Assembly: GCA_964629765.1 (NCBI GenBank)
Contig: CAZVTK010000002.1
Coordinates: 32,898-96,897 of the forward strand
Length of the DNA: 64,000 bases
Source of the DNA: an uncultured Mesorhizobium sp.
GTDB taxonomy: Bacteria; Pseudomonadota; Alphaproteobacteria; Rhizobiales; Rhizobiaceae
Direction: 5' to 3'
Below, piece after piece: positions 29,848-38,634 of this stretch (position 1 is its first letter; each line of letters opens with the position of its first letter). The position numbers and the translations under genes were made by a program. The notes below the pieces were generated by a model. The model saw nothing but the letters and a program-made list of their open reading frames with translations, made no database searches and was not told the origin of the DNA.

Positions 29848-30606
29848 CTATTCGATGCCGGTGACTTCGCTGCGCAGAGATTCCCAGATCTGGTAGACGA
29901 CGCGCCCGTATTCGGGGTCCTTGCGCAGCTCCAGCACGTCGCGCGGCCGGGCGAACGGCACCTCGATGACAGACTTGATGCGGGCGGGCCGCGCCGTCAT
30001 CACGATCACCGTGTCGCTGAGCGTCACCGCCTCGTCGACGCTGTGGGTGACGAAGACGACCGTCTTGCGGGACTCGTCCCACACCTTCAGCAGCTCGTGC
30101 TGGAGAATGGTGCGGTTCTGCTCGTCGAGGGCCGAGAACGGCTCGTCCATGAGGAAGACGTCGGGGTCGTTGGCGAAGGCGCGGGCGATCGACACGCGCT
30201 GCTTCATCCCGCCCGACAGCTCGTGCGGGTACGCCTTGGCGAACTTCGACAGGCCCGTCTTCTCCAGATAGCGGCCGACGCGCTCGGTGAGCACCCCGTC
30301 GGGCACGCCGCGGATCTTCAGGCCGTAGGCCGCATTGTCCCACACCGTCATCCAGGGGAAGACGGAATCGCCCTGGAACACCATGGAGTTGGAATAGGGC
30401 GTTGCGGGCGTGCCCATACGCACCTCGCCCTCCGACGCGTCCTCCAGCCCGGCGAGGATGCGCAGGAAGGTGGTCTTGCCGCACCCGCTTGGGCCGACGA
30501 TGGACACGAACTTGCCCTCGGGCACGTCGAGCGAGACGTTGTCCACCGCACTGATCAGCCCGGTGTTGCCGGCGAATTCCTTCGTGAGGCCGCTTACCTT
30601 GATCAC
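29848..30606 (-). CDS. ABC transporter ATP-binding protein (TauB/SsuB family)
   Basis: GPSGCGKTT, LSGGMKQR, LMDEPFSALD. GTG start with SD GGAGG. Confidence 0.93.
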   Translation of the reverse strand: MIKVSGLTKEFAGNTGLISAVDNVSLDVPEGKFVSIVGPSGCGKTTFLRILAGLEDASEGEVRMGTPATPYSNSMVFQGDSVFPWMTVWDNAAYGLKIRGVPDGVLTERVGRYLEKTGLSKFAKAYPHELSGGMKQRVSIARAFANDPDVFLMDEPFSALDEQNRTILQHELLKVWDESRKTVVFVTHSVDEAVTLSDTVIVMTARPARIKSVIEVPFARPRDVLELRKDPEYGRVVYQIWESLRSEVTGIE

Positions 30607-31883
30607 TGCATCCTCCCCGCGGCCTCGTCCGCGCCGCCGGCCTGCCCGATCAAGCTTTTCAGATCGACGTCCGTCGCCGCAAGCAGCCCGGCCGGCACGC
30701 TCGACCGCTGGCCGAGCATGCGCCGGCCCAGCATGTAGGTGCGCGGGTCGTTCACCGATTCCACGGCGGTCACCCGGTCGCCGCGCGTGCGGAACACGGA
30801 GAAGCTGCCGCCGGCGGCGTCGCCGCGCACGACGATGCCGTCGTCCCCGCCCGGCACGCCGGCGATCTGGAGCCTCAGTCCGAGTTGCTCGCTCCAGAAC
30901 AGCGGCACCTGCTCGTAACTGCCGCCGCTCCCCATGATCCGGTCGGCGACGTAGCGGCCCTGGTCGACGGCGTTCTGGACGGACTCGATCCGCCACCGCG
31001 CGCCGCCGCCGTCCGGAAAGCTGGCGCAGTCGCCGATCGCCCAGATCGCAGGGTCCGGCGTCCGCAGGCGCTCGTCGACGAGGATGCCGTTCGCCACGGG
31101 CAATCCGGCCTCGGCCGCCAGCTCGACATTGGGCAGGACGCCGACGGCGACGACCACGGCGTCGGCATCCAGCCTGAGCCCGGCGCGCGTCAGCACGCCG
31201 CCGACGGCGCCCGATCCCAGGAAAGCACGCACCTGATCGTTGAACAGGAAGGACACGCCCTCGGTCGCGTGGCGCCGCTCGAAGGCGGCCGAAACCGGGC
31301 CGGTCACGGCTCTCGCCATCGACCGCGACGCCGCTTCGACGACCGTCACCCGCTTGCCCTGCGCCGCGAAGCAGGAGGCGACCTCCATGCCCAGGAAGCC
31401 GGCGCCGACGACGATGATCGCTCGCGCGCCGGCAAGGGCGCCGCGCATGGCGAGGGCCTCCTCCATCGTGCGCAGGTGGTAGATGCCCGGCAGCTCGCAA
31501 CCCTCGCAGGCCAGCGTGCGATTGCGCGCGCCGGTGGCGAGGACGAGGTCGTCGTAACGCAGGCCGGCTCCGTTCGACAGCCGCACGTTCCGCGCCCGGC
31601 GGTCGATGGCGAGGACCGCAGTGCCGTCGATCAGCTCGATGCCGCCGGCGGCGAAGTCGTCGCCGTCATGCGTCGCCAGCGCGTCGGCGCCGACCGTTCC
31701 GGCGAGCAGCGCCTTCGACAGGGGCGGGCGCTGATAGGGACGGCCGCGCTCCGCCGCCACCACCGCGACTGCGCCCCCGAAGCCGAGCTCGCGCAGCCGG
31801 AAGGCCACGGCGAGGCCGGCCTGGCCGCCTCCGGCGATGACGACCCGCCGGGGCGCTTCGCTGCTGGAACGAGCGGTCACCAT
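30603..31883 (-). CDS. Ferredoxin reductase (putidaredoxin reductase-like)
   Basis: GGGQAG, YQRPPLSK, LATGAR, VGAGFLG.E, AIGDC, VPLFWSEQ. Confidence 0.92.
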   Translation of the reverse strand: MVTARSSSEAPRRVVIAGGGQAGLAVAFRLRELGFGGAVAVVAAERGRPYQRPPLSKALLAGTVGADALATHDGDDFAAGGIELIDGTAVLAIDRRARNVRLSNGAGLRYDDLVLATGARNRTLACEGCELPGIYHLRTMEEALAMRGALAGARAIIVVGAGFLGMEVASCFAAQGKRVTVVEAASRSMARAVTGPVSAAFERRHATEGVSFLFNDQVRAFLGSGAVGGVLTRAGLRLDADAVVVAVGVLPNVELAAEAGLPVANGILVDERLRTPDPAIWAIGDCASFPDGGGARWRIESVQNAVDQGRYVADRIMGSGGSYEQVPLFWSEQLGLRLQIAGVPGGDDGIVVRGDAAGGSFSVFRTRGDRVTAVESVNDPRTYMLGRRMLGQRSSVPAGLLAATDVDLKSLIGQAGGADEAAGRMQ

Positions 31884-33070
31884 TGCACCGGCAGTCGCCT
31901 GATGTGGAAGACCACGGTGGAATCGTCGAATTCGAGCTCCTGCATCGGCACTGCAAGGCGCAGCCCCGGCAGGCGCCGGATCAGCGTCTCGAACGCGATC
32001 TCCATCTCGATGCGGGCGAGCGGCTGGCCGAGGCACTGGTGCACGCCGTAGGAAAAGGCCAGATGCCGGTTCTCCGGGCGGAAGATGTCGAACACGTCAG
32101 GATCGGCGAACTGGGCCGGATCGCGGTTCGCCGCCGAGATGAGCGCGAAGATGCCTTCGCCCGCGCGGATCGTCTTGCCGCCCACCTCGATGTCGGCGGT
32201 CGCCACGCGCGCGGAGTTGAGATGCACGATGGTGTTGAAGCGCAGCATCTCCTCGATGGCGGGCCTGAGCAGCGCCGGGTCCGCCTTGATCGCCTCGAAC
32301 TGGGCCGGATGCTCCAGCAGGCTGAGCGCGCCGAGCGCGATCTGGTTCGCCGAGGTGTCGTGTCCGGCCGCGTAGAGCAGCGACGCCATCTGGACGGCAT
32401 CGTCATGGGACAGCGTGCCGGGCACGATATAGTCGGCCGCCAGCCGCGACAGCATGTCGTCGCCGGGGTTCCTCGTCTTCTCGCGGATGATGTCGCCGAG
32501 CAGCACAAGCATGTTCGCCGCCGCTTGCCTGACCACGGAAGGATCGTTCGCCAGCACGTTGCGGGCTTCGGTCCATTCGCGCAGCCTGTCGTAATGTTCG
32601 TATGGCACGCCGAGCATGGTCGAGATGATCGTCGCCGGCAGCGGCATGGCGTAGCCTTCGCGCAGGTCGGCCGGCGAGCCGCCGGCGATCATCGCGTCGA
32701 GCAGCCTGTCGGCTACCGCCTGTATGGCCGGCCGCAATTGCTCCAGCCGCTTGACCGTGAACTCGCGCGTCAGCATGCGCCGGAAGAAGGTGTGGTCCGG
32801 CGGATCCATGGTGATGAAGGCACGCCGGGCGCCGGCGCGCGCGGCATGGCCGGCCGAAAAGGTCGGATAGCCCTCGCGGGTCGGCATCGCGCTCACATGC
32901 GGGCTCGAAAGCACCGTTCTGACGTCCTCCCAGCGCGTGATCATCCACGCCTGCCGGCCGTTCCAGAGGCGCACCCTGGCGACCGGGTCCCGCTCCCTGA
33001 AGAAAGAGTAGAACCCCGGCGGATTGAGCGGGTCGTCCCCGCGCGGCTGGGGAAAGTTGGCAGAGTGCAT
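31877..33070 (-). CDS. Cytochrome P450 (CYP105-like)
   Basis: FITMDPPDH..RR, AGHDTS I-helix, EEMLR (ExxR) and heme motif FSYGVHQCLG. Confidence 0.95.
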   Translation of the reverse strand: MHSANFPQPRGDDPLNPPGFYSFFRERDPVARVRLWNGRQAWMITRWEDVRTVLSSPHVSAMPTREGYPTFSAGHAARAGARRAFITMDPPDHTFFRRMLTREFTVKRLEQLRPAIQAVADRLLDAMIAGGSPADLREGYAMPLPATIISTMLGVPYEHYDRLREWTEARNVLANDPSVVRQAAANMLVLLGDIIREKTRNPGDDMLSRLAADYIVPGTLSHDDAVQMASLLYAAGHDTSANQIALGALSLLEHPAQFEAIKADPALLRPAIEEMLRFNTIVHLNSARVATADIEVGGKTIRAGEGIFALISAANRDPAQFADPDVFDIFRPENRHLAFSYGVHQCLGQPLARIEMEIAFETLIRRLPGLRLAVPMQELEFDDSTVVFHIRRLPVQW

Positions 33071-33095
33071 CCGTCGTTTTCCTGTTGGCGCGCCG

Positions 33096-33296
33096 TCACT
33101 CGTCCTCGACGATCTCGATCGCCAGGACCGGGCAGGCGCGCGCCGCCGACCGCGCTGCGGCGTGCCGCGCGGCGGCGGGCTGGTCATCGAGGAGGACGAC
33201 GATCCCGTCGTCCTCGTTCTGGTCGAACACGTCGGGGGCGGCCAGAACGCAATGGCCCGCACCGATGCATTTGTCCTGGTGGATCCTGATCTTCAT
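33096..33296 (-). CDS. 3Fe-4S ferredoxin (P450 partner)
   Basis: CIGAGHC...APDVF...CP motif; immediately upstream of the P450. Confidence 0.92.
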   Translation of the reverse strand: MKIRIHQDKCIGAGHCVLAAPDVFDQNEDDGIVVLLDDQPAAARHAAARSAARACPVLAIEIVEDE

Positions 33297-33384
33297 GCCT
33301 TGATCGCGCGTCGGGGGAGCCGGGTTGTCCGCTGCCGGTGCAGCGGGGCGGCCGGGCACCGTCGCGGGCCCGGCCGGATGGGCC

Positions 33385-34446
33385 TCAGTTGGACAGTTCC
33401 TTCACGAAGCTCTCGTCGACCACGTCCTCGGCGGTGATCGTGTCGCTCGTGATGAACCCGCGCTTGCGATAGTAGTCCAGGTCGTTGCGCATGGACTCCA
33501 TGTTGATGAAGCCATCCTCCCGGATCGAGGGGTTGTTGATGGACTGCACCAGCTCCTTGTCGACCTTGATGTACTTCAGGAGGATGTCGATGATCCCGTC
33601 GGCGCCTTCGCCGGTGAGCTTGGCATTCACCAGCGCGCGGTTGTACTCGGCGACGGCTCCCTTCCATGCCCGCATGAAGGCGAGGCCGCCCGGGCGATTC
33701 TCCTCGATGAAGCGGCCGCTGTAGTACACGCCGGAAACCTGCTGGTCCGCATAGACGACGTCGGCGCCGGCAAAGACCTTCGCCGCGCCCGACCTGACGG
33801 CGATCGTCGACTGCGGCTCCGCGGTGACGGAAGCGTCGACCGCGCCGTTGGTCAGCGCCACGATGTGCTCGGGGGCGGGGAGGAAGGCGCGGGTCACGTC
33901 GTCCTCGGAGACGCCCCCCTGCTCCAGCATGCGGGAGAACCAGACTTCCGTGCTGCTGTCCTTGGCATAGCCGGCGATCTTGCGGCCCTTCAGGTCGGCG
34001 AAGCTCTTGAACTCGCCGGAATCGAGCAGCGCCGTGCGCACCAGCAGGTTGGCGTAGGAATAGCCCGGAAGCGGCCGGCCGCGGTCGGCCACCATCTTGA
34101 TCGGCAGCCCGCGCGAGACGGCATTGTAGAGGCTGGCGGAGGGGCCGCCCGACCCGACGTCGAGCTGGCCCGACGCGAGCGCGGCGACCATGTCGGCGCC
34201 GCTCTTGAACGGCACGAGCTCCACGTCGAGGCCTTCCTTCGAGAAGTAGCCTTTCTCCGCGGCGATGTAGAACACGATGTCGGTCATGGTGTGCTGGTGC
34301 CCCACCGTGACCTTCTGTCCGCCCTGCGCGAGCGCGCCGGCGGCCGGAAGCGCGGTCAGCGCCGCGGCGGCCAGGGACAGTTTCAGGACACTGCGTCGCG
34401 ACCCGCGTCCAGACATGACACGGTCATTGTTCGGTCTATGCATCAC
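33385..34446 (-). CDS. ABC transporter substrate-binding protein (NitT/TauT family), Tat-like signal
   Basis: SRRSVLK signal, YIAAEKGYF..EGLDVE, DLKGRKIA. SD GGAGG. Confidence 0.9.
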   Translation of the reverse strand: MMHRPNNDRVMSGRGSRRSVLKLSLAAAALTALPAAGALAQGGQKVTVGHQHTMTDIVFYIAAEKGYFSKEGLDVELVPFKSGADMVAALASGQLDVGSGGPSASLYNAVSRGLPIKMVADRGRPLPGYSYANLLVRTALLDSGEFKSFADLKGRKIAGYAKDSSTEVWFSRMLEQGGVSEDDVTRAFLPAPEHIVALTNGAVDASVTAEPQSTIAVRSGAAKVFAGADVVYADQQVSGVYYSGRFIEENRPGGLAFMRAWKGAVAEYNRALVNAKLTGEGADGIIDILLKYIKVDKELVQSINNPSIREDGFINMESMRNDLDYYRKRGFITSDTITAEDVVDESFVKELSN

Positions 34447-34493
34447 ACTCCTCCCGAATGCAGGCTCGTATCGATGTCGAGCTATTTGATGCT

Positions 34494-34518
34494 ATTCTGA
34501 TAATCAGCATACTGTCAA
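34494..34518 (-). promoter_or_regulatory. Promoter/operator ATTCTGATAATCAGCATACTGTCAA (MarR site 34503-34516; minus-strand TTGACA..TAGCAT)
   Basis: Read directly; near-identical in layout to 38508-38532. Confidence 0.7.
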
Positions 34519-34567
34519 GTTTGCATCGAGCCTTCGCGGCCTTGCCCGGCCGGCCGGGCAACGCCGC

Positions 34568-36721
34568 TCAGGCCCGGGCGATCGCCACGGGCACGTTGGT
34601 CATGCGGGGCTGGCCGGTGAACGGGTCGAAGACCTCATCGACCGGGATCAGCCGGTTCGGGCTCGAACCGACCGCGGCCGGGTCGGCATCCGGGTCCTGC
34701 GCCCTGCCGTGGCCGAAGGCGATCGAGACGGTCCCGCGCCGCAGGTGAGCGTCGGCCTGCGCGATGGCGCGGATGGAGCCGAGCGGCGAGGAGATCGCGA
34801 CCTCGTCGCCGTCCGCCACGCCGAGCTCGTGCATGTCGTCGGGATGGAGGTAGGCCGGGTTGTAGGCAGGCCCCTTGTTGGTCGCGGCCTTCCTCGTCGT
34901 GTTGTTGACGTGGTTGGCGCGGCGGCAGAGCATGCGGTAGCCGTAGCGGCCGTCCTCCGGCTCCCGCGGCCGTGCGAGATGTTCGCCGAGGCGGCGCATC
35001 ATCTCCGCGCTGCCGACGTCCAGCCGCGCCGTATTGGCCGGATCGCCGGGCTCGACGACGATCAGGTCCTCGTCGAAGACGTGGCCGCCGGGATAGCGCC
35101 TGACGGTGTCGAGCGGAATGCGGCTGCCCTCGGTGAAGCGCTCCAGCAGCGCCTCCGTGGTCGGCCTCTCGTCGAAGCGGATCTTCGGTGCGGTGGGGCG
35201 TCCGAACGGGCGCGCCTCGGGGGGATAGCCCATGCGCACCAGCAGCTCGTAGAAGATCTGCCAGTCCTCCAGCAGGTCCGAGCCGGCCGGCCGCCCGACG
35301 ATGGCGTCCGTGTACTGGGCATGCGCCATGGCCTGCCCGTAGCCGGTGGCGCGACCGGAAAGATAGTCGGTGCAGACCGTCGCCGAGGCGACTTCGAGCG
35401 GCATCGCGGTCGGCAGGACGTAGTGCGCCATGCCGGCCGATTCCGACATCCAAGGGTCGATCTGGACGAACAGCTCGAGCGCCCTCAGCGCCTCCACGAC
35501 GCGCCGCTGATCGGGAAATGCCAGCGCCGGATTGCCGCCCCAGCTTATGAACGCCCGCACCTGCCCGTCGCCGGGCGTGAGTATCTCCTCGGCCAGCGCC
35601 GCCACGGGCATGCCGGCGCGCGACTGCTTCAGCCCGCGCACCCGCATCCGCCCGCCCTGCGCCCAGTCCCTGTCGGGTGCGCGGGCCTGGGCCCGGGCCC
35701 GGAACGGCGGCAGCAACGACGGCGACGGCTTGATGCGCTCGCCGGCGCGCAGCCAGCGTCCGCACAGGGTTTCGAGCACCTGCACGAGATATTCGGCGAG
35801 CGTGCCCTGTCCGGTCATGTGCAGGCCGGTGCCGGCCATCGCATAGCCGCGGCGCGCCCGCGCGTAGCACCGCGCGGCCTCCGCGAGAGCGGTCGCCTGG
35901 ACGCCGGCAGCCCGGGCCACCGCGTCCACGTCGACCGGCTCCAGCGCCCGCGACAGCGCGTCGAGCCCGGCGACGTGGTCCGCCACGAACGGGCGGTCGA
36001 ACAGCCGCTCGCCGACGATCACCTTGATCATGGCCGCCAGGACGCTCACATCGTGGCCGGGGGCGATTTGCAGGAAATGCGTGGCGCGCTGCGCCACCTG
36101 TGTCTCGCGCGGATCGATGACGATCAGCTTGCAGCCGCGCGCCAGCGTCTCGATCAGCCAGCGCCGCGGGGAGCCGGCGGGAAAGCCCGTATAGGTGTTC
36201 CACGGATTGATGCCGATCAGCAGGATCGCTTCCGGCTCGTCGAAGCCCTGCGAGGGTGCCTCCCAATAGCCGAGGAACGACTGCGCGGCCAGCTTGCCGC
36301 CCTTGTCGATCGTGTTGGGATCGAAACGCATGTTCGTGCCGATCGCGTCGAGCAGCGCGTCGTAGAAGGGCATGGCCGCGGCGCGATTGCCGACCGAGGC
36401 CTGCGTGCCCCAGTAAGCGGCGACGGATCGCGGCCCGTGGCGCGCCACGATCCCGCTCAGCTTGCGCGCGATCTCGTCGAGAGCCTCGCTGCTGGACAAA
36501 GGCTCGTGGCTTCCGTCGGCGCGCCTGCGCAGCGGCCGCAGCAGCCGCGCCTCGTCGGTGAGGTAGGAGCCCTGGGAGCGGCCCTTGACGCAGGTGTAGC
36601 CCCGGTATTGCGGATTGTCGGGATTTCCTTCCACCGCAAGGACCTTGCCGTCCTCCAGCACCACGTTGATCGAGCACTGGTTGATGCAGACGCGGCAGAA
36701 GGACTGCTTGACCTCGATCAT
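34568..36721 (-). CDS. Molybdopterin-dependent oxidoreductase catalytic subunit (DMSO reductase family, cytoplasmic)
   Basis: N-terminal CRVCINQC..C 4Fe-4S motif, CVKG, RLLRPL, VIDPR, GGNP and a C-terminal molydop-binding domain. No Tat signal. Confidence 0.9.
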   Translation of the reverse strand: MIEVKQSFCRVCINQCSINVVLEDGKVLAVEGNPDNPQYRGYTCVKGRSQGSYLTDEARLLRPLRRRADGSHEPLSSSEALDEIARKLSGIVARHGPRSVAAYWGTQASVGNRAAAMPFYDALLDAIGTNMRFDPNTIDKGGKLAAQSFLGYWEAPSQGFDEPEAILLIGINPWNTYTGFPAGSPRRWLIETLARGCKLIVIDPRETQVAQRATHFLQIAPGHDVSVLAAMIKVIVGERLFDRPFVADHVAGLDALSRALEPVDVDAVARAAGVQATALAEAARCYARARRGYAMAGTGLHMTGQGTLAEYLVQVLETLCGRWLRAGERIKPSPSLLPPFRARAQARAPDRDWAQGGRMRVRGLKQSRAGMPVAALAEEILTPGDGQVRAFISWGGNPALAFPDQRRVVEALRALELFVQIDPWMSESAGMAHYVLPTAMPLEVASATVCTDYLSGRATGYGQAMAHAQYTDAIVGRPAGSDLLEDWQIFYELLVRMGYPPEARPFGRPTAPKIRFDERPTTEALLERFTEGSRIPLDTVRRYPGGHVFDEDLIVVEPGDPANTARLDVGSAEMMRRLGEHLARPREPEDGRYGYRMLCRRANHVNNTTRKAATNKGPAYNPAYLHPDDMHELGVADGDEVAISSPLGSIRAIAQADAHLRRGTVSIAFGHGRAQDPDADPAAVGSSPNRLIPVDEVFDPFTGQPRMTNVPVAIARA

Positions 36722-38385
36722 CCCGCCTTGCCTTCCCTAGCCACTTTCGCGATTTCGGCGCGATCCACGAGCTTGACGCGCGGACGGCGGGACGATCTGC
36801 CTCCGGCGCGCTCGTGCCGGTCGATCGCACGCCATTCCCCGATGCCGCCGCTGCGCGCGATCGCCGACGCGAGCCTGTCCGGGATGCCGGCGGGAGCGGG
36901 CAGCCGGCCGCTCCGCATGTCGGCAAGGAGCGCGGCAACCGCCTCCTGCGCGCATGTCCTGTTGCTCCCCATCGAGCCGCTCGGCCCCCGCCTTATCCAT
37001 CCCGTCACATAGGTGCCCGCGGCCGGCTCTCCGCCTGCGGAATCGGCGACCCGCCCGTCCGTATTCGGGACCGTGCCGCGGCGCGGATCGAAGGGAAGCC
37101 CGGCGATGGGCGTCCCCCTATTGCCGACCGAGCGCAGGACCATCCCGGCATCCAGCACGTCTTCCTCGTCCGTTGCCGTCGCAAGGATCTCTCCGTCGGC
37201 GGCGTGGTCGAGACGGTTCCTGACGAAGCGGACGCCGGTCACGCTGCCCTCTCCCAGGATCTCGACGGGAGAGCGCTGGAAAAGCAGTTTCAGGACACGT
37301 CCGCCCGCCGGATGCCGGCTCGCCAGCCGGCCCAGCGCCTCCAGCCTGCGCGCGCCCGCCCAGTGCTCCGCGAACCCGTCCAAACCCGCCGCCTCCGGCA
37401 TCTCCACCTGAACCGCGAAACCGCGCGATTTGGCGAGGCCGAGCAGCTCCGGCAGGGTGAAGGCCGCCTGCGCCGGGCCGCGCCGGCCGACCACCGACAC
37501 TTCCCTGATGCGGCTTTCGGCGAGCGCCGCGAGCGCGTGGTCGGCGATGTCCGTGCGCCTGAGCGCGTCGATGTCCGAGAGAAGGATTCGCGCCACGTCG
37601 AGGGCCACGTTGCCGTTGCCGAGGACGACGGCGCGTTCCGTATCGAGATCGAAGCGACGATCCGCGAAGTCGGGATGGCCGTTGTACCAGGCGGCGAACT
37701 CGGCCGCCGACCAGCTTCCGCGCAGATCCTCGCCCGGAATGCCGAGCCGCCTGTCGCCCGCGGCCCCGGTGGCATAGATCACCGCATGATAGGCCCGGCG
37801 CAGGTCGAGATGGCCGATGTCGCGGCCGACCTCGACGCCCAGCACCAGCCTGAAACGCGGATCGTCGGCGGTGCGCTCGAATATTGCGGTGATTCCCCTG
37901 GTCCCGGCGTGGTCCGGCGCCACGCCGAAGCGCGCCAGCCCCCACGGAACCGGCAGGCGCTCGAACATGTCGACCGCGACGTCGAGGCCCGGCGTGCCCA
38001 AAAGCGCCTCGGCGGCATAGGCGCCGGCGGGACCCGACCCGACGATCGCGACACGCAAGGCGCCGTCGCGCGCCATCCGGCGGTCGTCGAGCCGCCGCGG
38101 CGCGCGGCGAGGCACGTATCGCGGCGCCGCGCCGTCGCGGAAGAAGCTGGCATTCAAATCGATGAACGCGCGGTCGGCGCCCATCAGGTCATAGTCCGGC
38201 AGGATCGCCCCGACGGGGCAGACATCCGCGCAGGCCCCGCAGTCTATGCAGACATCCGGGTCGATGTAGAGCATGTCCGCACCCATGTAGCCGGCGTCCG
38301 ACGGGGTGGGATGGATGCAGTTGACCGGGCAGACCGGCACGCAGGATGCGTCGTTGCAGCAGGGCTGTGTGACGACGTGGGGCAT
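36718..38385 (-). CDS. fprB: Ferredoxin-fused ferredoxin-NADP reductase (FprB-like)
   Basis: PHVVTQPCCNDASC..CPVNCIHP..CIDCGAC..CP, then GSGPAG, GL.RFGVAPDH, GNGNVALDVAR and GWIRRGP.G. Confidence 0.85.
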   Translation of the reverse strand: MPHVVTQPCCNDASCVPVCPVNCIHPTPSDAGYMGADMLYIDPDVCIDCGACADVCPVGAILPDYDLMGADRAFIDLNASFFRDGAAPRYVPRRAPRRLDDRRMARDGALRVAIVGSGPAGAYAAEALLGTPGLDVAVDMFERLPVPWGLARFGVAPDHAGTRGITAIFERTADDPRFRLVLGVEVGRDIGHLDLRRAYHAVIYATGAAGDRRLGIPGEDLRGSWSAAEFAAWYNGHPDFADRRFDLDTERAVVLGNGNVALDVARILLSDIDALRRTDIADHALAALAESRIREVSVVGRRGPAQAAFTLPELLGLAKSRGFAVQVEMPEAAGLDGFAEHWAGARRLEALGRLASRHPAGGRVLKLLFQRSPVEILGEGSVTGVRFVRNRLDHAADGEILATATDEEDVLDAGMVLRSVGNRGTPIAGLPFDPRRGTVPNTDGRVADSAGGEPAAGTYVTGWIRRGPSGSMGSNRTCAQEAVAALLADMRSGRLPAPAGIPDRLASAIARSGGIGEWRAIDRHERAGGRSSRRPRVKLVDRAEIAKVAREGKAG

Positions 38386-38507
38386 GCACACCTCATCCAG
38401 CGCGATCGCGGTACGGCGTCGTTCGAGGCAGACTGCGGCGCCCGCGCATGCCGGCCGTTCCCGACGAAAGGCGCTCGTCCAGCCGCTCCTCGCAGAAGTC
38501 CAACATT

Positions 38508-38587
38508 ATTCTGATTATCAGTATGCGGTCAATATGATCCGCCGCCTGCCGGCAGTTTGACAGCATGCACTTTATCAGTATACGGAG
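38508..38587. promoter_or_regulatory. Divergent promoter region with MarR-type sites ATCAGTATGCGGTC (38517-38530) and ATCAGTATACGGAG (38574-38587)
   Basis: Minus-strand TTGACC at 38527-38532 and plus-strand TTGACA at 38557-38562; AT-rich. Confidence 0.7.
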
Positions 38588-38634
38588 TAAAGACTGCCTA
38601 GGCCGCCGCGGCCGCGCAGCGGGGGAGGGACGTC

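Noticed and set aside
31877-33070. P450nor (CYP55) nitric oxide reductase identity
   Set aside because: The I-helix keeps an acid-alcohol pair (AGHDT), and dedicated ferredoxin and reductase genes are adjacent, which indicates a monooxygenase.
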